DNA of 18,274 nt from Octopus sinensis (Eukaryota): assembly GCF_006345805.1 (NCBI RefSeq), contig NW_021825020.1, positions 1 to 18,274 on the forward strand, written 5' to 3'. The translations under genes were made by a program, and so were the position numbers. The notes beneath the pieces were generated by a model, which worked only from the letters and a program-made list of their open reading frames with translations, was not told the origin of the DNA and ran no database searches. Position 1 is the stretch's first letter, and each line of letters begins with the position of its first letter. Below are positions 10,808 to 18,274 of this stretch, one piece after another.

Positions 10808-10958
10808 AATCTTTTCTACTAAAGACACAAGGCACGAAATTTTGGCAGGGGGGGACTAGTCGATTACATCGACCCCAGTGTTTCACTGGTACTTATTTTA
10901 TCGATCCAAGAAGGATGAAAGGCAAAGTCGACCTCGGTGGAATTTGAACTCAGAACGT
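10808..10958 (-). mobile_element. SINE family A, best-preserved body, with the head cut just 5' of the B-box
   Basis: B-box GAGTTCAAATTCC on the minus strand (10939-10951); twin hairpin module at 10859-10889; short (AAT)n at 10793-10810. Confidence 0.88.
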
Positions 10959-11565
10959 CGCTGAAAAGGAGTACCTCATAAGACATGACACACTAGAGTA
11001 GTACATCCACTGGAATGCTTGTAAATACTACGAAATAAAATCCCATGATAAGTGGCACAGGCACCATTCAGAGGATGTAGTGAATAGTGAGAGCATCACT
11101 ATCCTTTGGAACTTCCCAATAAAAACAGAGAGAAAATTGACTGCAATCGACCAGACATTGTGATCAAGGACAACAACAGAGGAACTTGTCTGTTAATAAA
11201 TGTTTGTCCAACAAGATCAAAATGTCTCAAGAAAAGAATACGAAAAGCTTTCTCACTATAAAGATCTGCAAATTGAAATCACAAAAATGTGGAAGTTTAG
11301 TACTATACGAGTAGTAATTGGTGCGTTGGGAATGATATGGAAGGGAGCTGGGAAGTATATTAAGCAACTCCCTGGTAACTCTAATCTCTGTGAACTACAA
11401 AAGATAACCTTGATGGGTACAGACCATATAAGACGGAAAACACTCTCCATCTAAAATGGAATTATATGTTGTGATAATTTTAGCATGCATAGCAAAACAA
11501 AAATGTCCTTGCTACTCTTGGCTTCCGGAGGATGCCCGGTACTTAGGCAGCTGAAATAAAGTTAC

Positions 11566-11601
<36 letters not shown>

Positions 11602-11639
11602 GTTATAGTAATAATGATAATAATAATAATAATAATAAT
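10959..11639 (+). mobile_element. 5'-truncated RLE-type non-LTR retrotransposon (R4/Dong-like), copy C, with 3' UTR and (AAT)n tail
   Basis: AEKEYLIRHDTLE*YIHWNACKYY..ITILWNFPIKTERK..NRPDIVIKD (RPDIV 11148-11162)..QDQNVSRKEYEKLSHYKDLQIEITKMWK..VVIGALGMI..LQKITLMGTDHIRRKTLSI* (stop ends 11454). The 3' UTR is followed by (AAT)n at 11566-11639. Confidence 0.9.
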
Positions 11640-11802
11640 TTCTTAAGGCAAGTGGAAATCTCATGCAAAATTGATGTCTTGCAAAAAGCAACCTTGAGGT
11701 CCTTGCTATGATTTCACAGACGAGTAAAGTGCATTTTTACCTAAACTGTTACGAAAGAACAACAACAATAACGACAAGAACGACAAGAACAACAACAATA
11801 AT

Positions 11803-11928
11803 AATGGTTTCAAATTGTGGCAGCAGTTTTTGAGAGAGGAGGCAGTCGACCTCAGTATTTGACTGGTACTCATTTTTATCGACCCTGAAAGGCTGAAAGA
11901 CCTCGGTGAATTTTGAATTCAAAATGTA
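11803..11928 (-). mobile_element. Internally deleted copy of SINE family A
   Basis: cagtcgacctcagtatttgactggtactcatttttatcgaccctgaaaggctgaaagacctcggtgaattttgaattc is colinear with 10859-10951; an (AAC)/(AAT) tract lies at 11757-11805. Confidence 0.75.
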
Positions 11929-12015
11929 ATAATATTTACTTTGTTAACTTCAAGGGTTCATTCACATAAATAGTTAATACATGAAGACTACAAAAACAAA
12001 AAAAAACAAAAACCT

Positions 12016-12794
12016 ATGGGCGAGGACCGTTACATAAAAATGAGGGACGGGTAAGTTATTATGTTTATGTGTGACAGGTTGTTATCTTTCTTGTTAACTT
12101 TCTAATATGTGCTAAAATTTTGTTTTTCACAATAATTTGCCACATTGCCTAAGCAAAAGAGAAAAAAAAAAACCCAAAGCGTTTATTAAAAAATGTAGAA
12201 AAATAAAAATAAGTAGTTTTTTTTTATCTCTATCTGTGATAAATCTGTGCGATGCAGGAAGACAAGTAAACACGTGATGCTGGCACAAGAAACAAGGAGT
12301 AAAACAGCAACAACAACAACAACAACAACGAAGTCGACGACGGTCACGATGACTCTGACGACGACAATGATGACGATAAGGATCGATGAAACCGGAAGCT
12401 CAAGGCAGATGAAAATATTTAATCACATCGTTAATGACTCGGTAAGAGTTATTACCAATGACTTAGAGAGCAGAGGAAATATTTGGTTTATTTGGTCATT
12501 TAGCCAATGACAAGATATAACCAAAAGAAGGAAATACGAACGCAATAATAATAATATAATAATAGTAATAATAATAATAATAATAATAATAGTAGTAATA
12601 ATAATAATTATAATAATTATAATAATATTAATAATAATATAATAATTATAATAATAATAATAAAATTAATAATAACAACTATAATAATAACAACAACAAC
12701 ACATAATAATAATAATAATAATAATAATCAATTACAACACAACAACAACACAATAATAATACTAACAACAACAACAACAATAATAATAATAATA

Positions 12795-12838
<44 letters not shown>

Positions 12839-13012
12839 TACACGCATATGTATATATGTGTACGCATATAGGTCAGCAGAGTTCAAACTGTAAAAGACCC
12901 ACTTGGCTTTACTGTAAGGAACTTTGTCATTGTTTTATGATTTTCTTTTGGGAGCAACGTGATTTCTTTTATTTTCACCCAGGCTAATCCAATGCGATCA
13001 ATGGTGCTCTAG
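12016..13012 (+). other. Candidate three-exon spliced unit (12016-12050, 12258-12441, 12983-13012 onward); unverified
   Basis: Donors CGG|GTAAGT and TCG|GTAAGA; acceptors TGCAG| and a polypyrimidine tract with CCCAG|. Phases are compatible, giving an 82-aa ORF with no recognisable homology. Confidence 0.2.
12543..12837. repeat. Compound (AAT)n/(AAC)n microsatellite
   Basis: Seen directly. Confidence 0.95.
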
Positions 13013-13335
13013 AAGAAGCGGCAGCAATAACCACGGGATTCGCTTCTCTAGTTTTTATTGCACTTGTCACTACTGCTGTATGCTGATTTGTTTTCCTTCC
13101 CCCACATCTTCTTTTTGATGGAAATCCCTCAAGTAACCCTTTCAACAGGTTTTTAACGAATTGAGCATTCCATCCTGCACCACAAATTCTGATTTCTTTC
13201 CTTTCTCTAAACGAAGCACGCGCCAGAATAGCTTTGTGTCTCAAGAGTCATCAGAAGCAAAATGTCTGTATAAATACCATTCGACTGACTGACATTTTCT
13301 GTGAGTCACTGCCCCCCCCCGTGTGTGTCACTTAC

Positions 13336-15094
13336 CAGTAGTGTGACACGTATAATGACAAACTAAGCGCGTCAACATCACTGCCTGTAGCTTTGGTTGA
13401 TCCCATTTTGGCGGCACGTTTGTGACGCACCAACTCTGCTTATCTCCTTGCTACTTCTGTCTTAAAAGTCAGGCATACCCTTCCATAAGTCTACCTAGAT
13501 CGATGGAACGCAGACCCAACTACACATCAACTAGTATTTCCTCCGAATTTTTCAATGGCATTGAAATTATGTCGGCTTTGGAAAACAAAACAAAACAAAT
13601 AAACAAGCAAATGAATAAAAACAGAGGTGTATCCCTTTCTGCTCGAACTTTTCTGGGTGAATTTCTTCGACAATGGGGCACGTTCTTTTGTGATATACCT
13701 GTTCCACATTTGTTCATTCGTTTGGAATTGGTAGATGTCCAACATTTCTTATTGGCTTCCAACACGTACAAAGAACGAATCGCTGTTGTTTTTGTGGGTA
13801 CTTTTGTTAATATCGTATCTGTTTGTACTTTTGTTTCTGAATTAATTGAATGCTTATATTTATAACTGTGTTCGTTGGTTTCATTGTAATTTTTCTGGTA
13901 TCCTTTTTAATTCATATTCCTGTTTTAATTTTCTTTCCGGGGAGCATTCGCTGATACAATCTTTGTATATTGTACCTCTTCCTCTACCGCAAGAAGCGAT
14001 CATATTGAACTACTAGCAAACAAACGAAAATGGAGGCTTACACCATTCACATTTGATGCAATTGCAATCCCTTATCGTTACACAAACTAAAAATTACATA
14101 CACTAAATAATCACCCTCTAACACAGAAACGTATAAACACCAATTACTCCACACATACAGAACACAATCACTACCAAACAAACTAACATAACATGCAACA
14201 GAAGAAACACTAAAATAGTGTCAAAGACAACTAACCAGTCCATACAGCAAAACAGAATTGATGTCGCACATATAAACAGTGATCTGCGTCTTCAAAACTC
14301 AAAACTGGAACACAATGATGCAACAGTGGTGTAGTAGAAACTTGCATGAGAATGTTGAAAAACAAATTTCTTTTTCTCATAAGCACAATCCTTGGCTTAG
14401 AGAATGGTCGAATATATCAAACCTCAGTACTTCACTGGTATTTATTTTATCGATCTTGAGAAGATGAAAGACAACACCGATTTCGGAAGGATATGAGATC
14501 TTTTGTAGTAAAAACATAAATACATTAATATAAATATTAATAAAGTAAGCTTTGAAATAAGATGTATGTTCTTTATGCTCTGGCGTTTGAAATTTGAAAC
14601 AAAAAATATTGATAAATAGCTAAACAAAATTCACTATACCAAAGTAAGTTTAAAATAGAATCGTGCTGTGAAATGGGGAGATAAGTTACAAGTCTCGGCA
14701 GCGAGGATATCGATCAGGTTACAGTTTAGGAGTTTTTAAAAAATTTTTTCGTCAGATCTCACTTCCGTCACCGTGAGATAAATGAATTTATATTGAATTC
14801 ATATATGTAGCTCTAGCTTTTATTTGATAAATACCCATTAAATAAAACGAAATTAAAGCGTCCAGTAATAAGAAAAATAAACGAAAGAACACGAGGTGAG
14901 TATTTTATTATAAATGAATTATATCGAAGGAACACATACGAATCTCAGATTACAATCTCTGATTAGCTGCATACAACTTTCAAAATAAAATAAAAACTAT
15001 ATAAATAATAAATAAAAATACTATAAATTACTTACGTAAATTGTGTGAACATATGTTTGATATCGTCAACACCAGTAATGAAATATCACGAAAC
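13336..15094 (-). other. Candidate host-gene exons on the minus strand (15094-15036, 14086-14042, 13575-13336); unverified
   Basis: Acceptors tttttctttttaag|, atttttag| and ttttgttttccaaag|; donors TAC|GTAAGT, GGT|GTAAGC and CTG|GTAAGT. The minus strand is T-rich and intron-like here. Confidence 0.3.
14371..14495 (-). mobile_element. Degenerate copy of SINE family A
   Basis: aagcacaa..ggtcgaatatatcaaacctcagtacttcactggtatttattttatcgatcttgagaagatgaaagacaacaccgatttcgg is colinear with 10808-10958. Confidence 0.7.
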
Positions 15095-15408
15095 CTTAAA
15101 AAGAAAAACAAAACAGTCCGAACAAGTCAAAAAAATATTAGAAAGAAAAACAGATCAAAGAAATACTGTTTTTATATAAAGCTCTGAAGACAGAGAAACG
15201 GAGACAGCATCTGATTAAAAACTCGCCCATGAATATCACTGTATCTTATGGAAAAACAACAACAAAACAAAAGAAGAAAAAAAAAACAAGTTGTTTGCAG
15301 TAGTTTACTGTCAACGACCATTTCTATGCAGATAAATTTGTGTACTAATAAACAAAACGATATGAAGATAGATATTTGTTTTCGTTTTTGGAACAAGAAC
15401 TATAACGA

Positions 15409-15528
15409 TGTGTGTGTGGTGTGTGTGTGTGTGCATGTATATGTATATAAATACACGCACACACATATATATATTAAATATATATACGTGTGTATGTATG
15501 TATGTATGAATGTATGTATGTATGTATG

Positions 15529-15580
<52 letters not shown>

Positions 15581-15602
15581 TACACACATACATATAAAAG
15601 TA

Positions 15603-15641
<39 letters not shown>

Positions 15642-15780
15642 TATATAAACACCGCAAAGCATCTTGTACATTCTAACCTTTCTGTCAATCCATACGCGCA
15701 CGCACGCACACACACATACACACTAGAGAGAACGCACATACACGCACATATAAGTATATATGTATATGTTATATGTGTAG

Positions 15781-15813
<33 letters not shown>

Positions 15814-16032
15814 TATATATATACATATATATATTATATATAATATATACATATATATACATATATACATATATATATAATATATATATATAATATATAT
15901 ACATATATTATGTATATATATATATATACATACACATATGTATAGATACACATACATATATATATACATCTACACACACACATATATATGTATACCCAAC
16001 ACATACACACACACACACACATATATATATAT
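15409..16032. repeat. Compound (TG)/(TATG)/(TA)/(CA) microsatellite field
   Basis: Seen directly. Confidence 0.95.
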
Positions 16033-16034
16033 AA

Positions 16035-17569
16035 GTCGATGTGTTTCCTTGTTGATGCAAATTTCGGAGGACATGTCAGTGGCAAAGTAATCACCTCTCT
16101 TTACAACATCGATGTGATTGCAAAGAAAATCAGCAGATTTAGCAAAATAGGAAGTGGGGAAAGTAATAGCACGCTACTTTAGCAAATGCTTGGCAGGTTT
16201 GAATCAAGTAGGTTTGAATCAATTATAATTTACGCTGCTGTCCTGTACTGTAATGTCAGTATTATCTGTATTTACCCGAGACAAATCGACTGCCCACCTG
16301 AAATGTTCATCGCTAGTAAGCTTCTAACCCGAACCTTCATACTTCTGTAGATATTTTAAATGTTCAGCAGATAGAGAAACATTATCATCAACTGGTACAG
16401 TATCGGTGGTAACCAGGGGTGGAAACTTCACCAACATCTGATGTCTTATATTTGCTTGAGTAGCTTCAGTTTTCCAATGAATTGAGTAAAAGTGTTTACA
16501 CAAGATACAATAAGCATTCTCTTTTCTATTTGGCCGCCAAATTAAACTTATCACTTGACGTAAAATATGCTACACCAGCTGATATATGTTCACCGAAATA
16601 TCTCAAAATGCAACGAAGTCACAAAAGCGATTATTTTTTGTTAATATTGCAGTATACGGCGTCTGAAATCTCTGTCATCTTTCTGACGAATTTTCTGAAA
16701 AGAACTCTTTGAAAATGCATTTAATTTGATAAAGGTGACACCAATTACTACATCAGGATGTCCTTTATTGCGTTGTGAGAAAAAAACTTTGGGTACAGAA
16801 TTTTAAAATTAACCATTGTATCTATTTATCTATCTTAGGAGTAACACCCTTTCTTTGACAGAATATTGGCTTTCTCAGTGGACTGTTGTTTTCTTTGATA
16901 AGTTCTTAATGTCTTTAAAATATGACTTCACGTTTCAAATTTGTTATATGCATTTGTGTAAGAAGTATTTCTTTGTGGAGCCGATTCTGATTATTATTCT
17001 AAAAGCTAATATGCACCAGCAGTTCATCATGATTATCTCTTAAAGTGGTTTCATCGATTTTCAAAAAAAGCAAAAAAAAAAAGCTGTTTTACTTGCAATT
17101 GTTCAAACTGTTTTACACACTCTCAGCAATTTCATTAACGTGCCTTGATGTTTACGAGTTGTTCAACTGATAATTTCATGTGCACTCTGCTTCATGACTG
17201 TACAAAACACAGCAGATGACAGAGAAAAGTTTTATCATTATTATGCCGCTTTACTGGTCTTGTAATTTCCGAAGACATACCAGGGGACAAGTAAATAGTT
17301 ATTTGCTCCAGCTACTTTTTTGCCTTTATATTTAATTCAATGTTTACCATGGTCAGAAATCGTCACTCATTTTTTTAGAAGTACTTTCAGTCTTTCCTAT
17401 TATTGGGTTTTTGTCTCCAAACAATTTACTTGGTCGCATGCTGACACTTGAAAGTAATATCATAATATAAAACAAATTAGCTTTCAAATATCTTATAGTG
17501 ACGGAATAAGCTGGTTGGCCAAGTATTCAATGGAATATTGCCGATATTTACCTTCAGTATACCATCCAT
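16035..17569 (-). mobile_element. Decayed near full-length hAT transposase of the Buster/Charlie type (ZBED8/SCAND3-like)
   Basis: Minus-strand translation across stops and frameshifts: KYRQYSIEYL..LSSVSMRPSKL (BED finger region)..VNEIAESV..IDETTLRDNHDELLVHISF (first catalytic D near 17055)..LHKEILL..IKLNAF..KDDRDFRRRIL..KFPPL..AITFPTSYF (hATC domain, about 16145-16170)..IDVVKRGD. Motif order matches Buster-type transposases. TIRs not identified. Confidence 0.88.
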
Positions 17570-17846
17570 GGGTGATCTGTTATAACAAACAGAAATCAAC
17601 TAAAATCAATAATCTGCTGAAATTATTAAAAATACAGCAATGGAATTATTCTAGTCTTTATATTACCAACTATCAAACATGAATTAAATATAATTTTGAG
17701 TTTATATATCCAAATTTTAAACTTAACACGCGAACTTTATATATACGAAAGGTTTACCAGCATTGTAATAGATTTAGAAGAACTGGGTAGCTCTTGCAGT
17801 TTCGGAGTGGGAGAAAGCATCTCTGATGTTTATTAAAGCCACCCAG

Positions 17847-17859
17847 ACACACACACAAC

Positions 17860-17930
<71 letters not shown>
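17847..17930. repeat. (CA)n microsatellite
   Basis: Seen directly. Confidence 0.97.
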
Positions 17931-17932
<2 letters not shown>

Positions 17933-18274
17933 TTTATTGTTCCGTTAAGGTAACATCAACAAAAAAGTACTCCATTTAGTGAAAGATAAATGTCCTTTAA
18001 TGTACACTATATTGAAATAAGAGCAACTAACAATTCCTTGCTATTAAAATACATGATTTTTGGCACGTTATAAAAACTGCCTAACAACGTGTCTTTATGG
18101 CAAAATGTCATTAGTTGCTCCCCCAACACACAAATGCTGACATATCAACTACCATAAAACATAAGATCTTGGTTTAATAAAATTATCCCTGCCTACAGAG
18201 GATGTATCAAAATTACCAAATGGTAATTAAGAACCGTTCCGCATAAGGAGAGATAAATTCAAGAATTCAAGAAT

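Noticed and set aside
12984-13244. 86-aa minus-strand ORF (RHKAILARASF..APLIALD)
   Set aside because: Non-ATG start, no recognised homology, and the nearby acceptors I tried for the 13335 donor gave an immediate or early stop.
13422-13865. 147-aa plus-strand ORF, the longest non-repeat ORF
   Set aside because: Starts at GTG, runs through an (AAAAC)n tract that looks like a minus-strand polypyrimidine tract, and has no recognisable domain.
5183-16094. Long ORFs made of MYVC, HTYI, YI, LS/RE, poly-I, poly-L or poly-N (e.g. 6445-7377, 6261-6950, 9574-10146, 15311-15904)
   Set aside because: They are translations of stop-free microsatellites, not genes.
17570-17846. Possible TIR of the Buster-type element
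   Set aside because: No inverted-repeat partner or 8-bp TSD could be found on the other side.
1-18274. CRISPR array, operon, or other prokaryotic or viral system
   Set aside because: No repeat-spacer periodicity and no gene-dense coding region; all tandem repeats have 2-5 bp units and the context is eukaryotic.

Overview
AT-rich, microsatellite-saturated eukaryotic non-coding DNA. It is most likely from a coleoid cephalopod (Octopus), inferred from SINE families I recognise from memory and from repeat density; this was not database-checked. I find no intact protein-coding gene, RNA gene or CRISPR array. Most long ORFs in the supplied track are microsatellite artefacts or pieces of decayed transposons. 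The window holds: (i) three decayed non-LTR retrotransposon copies with a C-terminal CCHC knuckle and PD-(D/E)xK restriction-like endonuclease (R4/Dong-type), one with a recognisable RT core; (ii) two hAT transposase relics, including a near full-length Buster/Charlie-type copy at 16035-17569; (iii) about seven tRNA-derived SINE copies in two families sharing a hairpin module, plus an (AAT)n-tailed non-coding retroposon; (iv) many simple and compound microsatellites. The main largely unique stretch (about 11950-15300) carries chains of splice sites on both strands that could be host exons or spliced lncRNA. I cannot support a claim of a new biological system. The best leads are microsatellite-targeted retroelement insertion, the shared SINE hairpin module and the two candidate exon chains.
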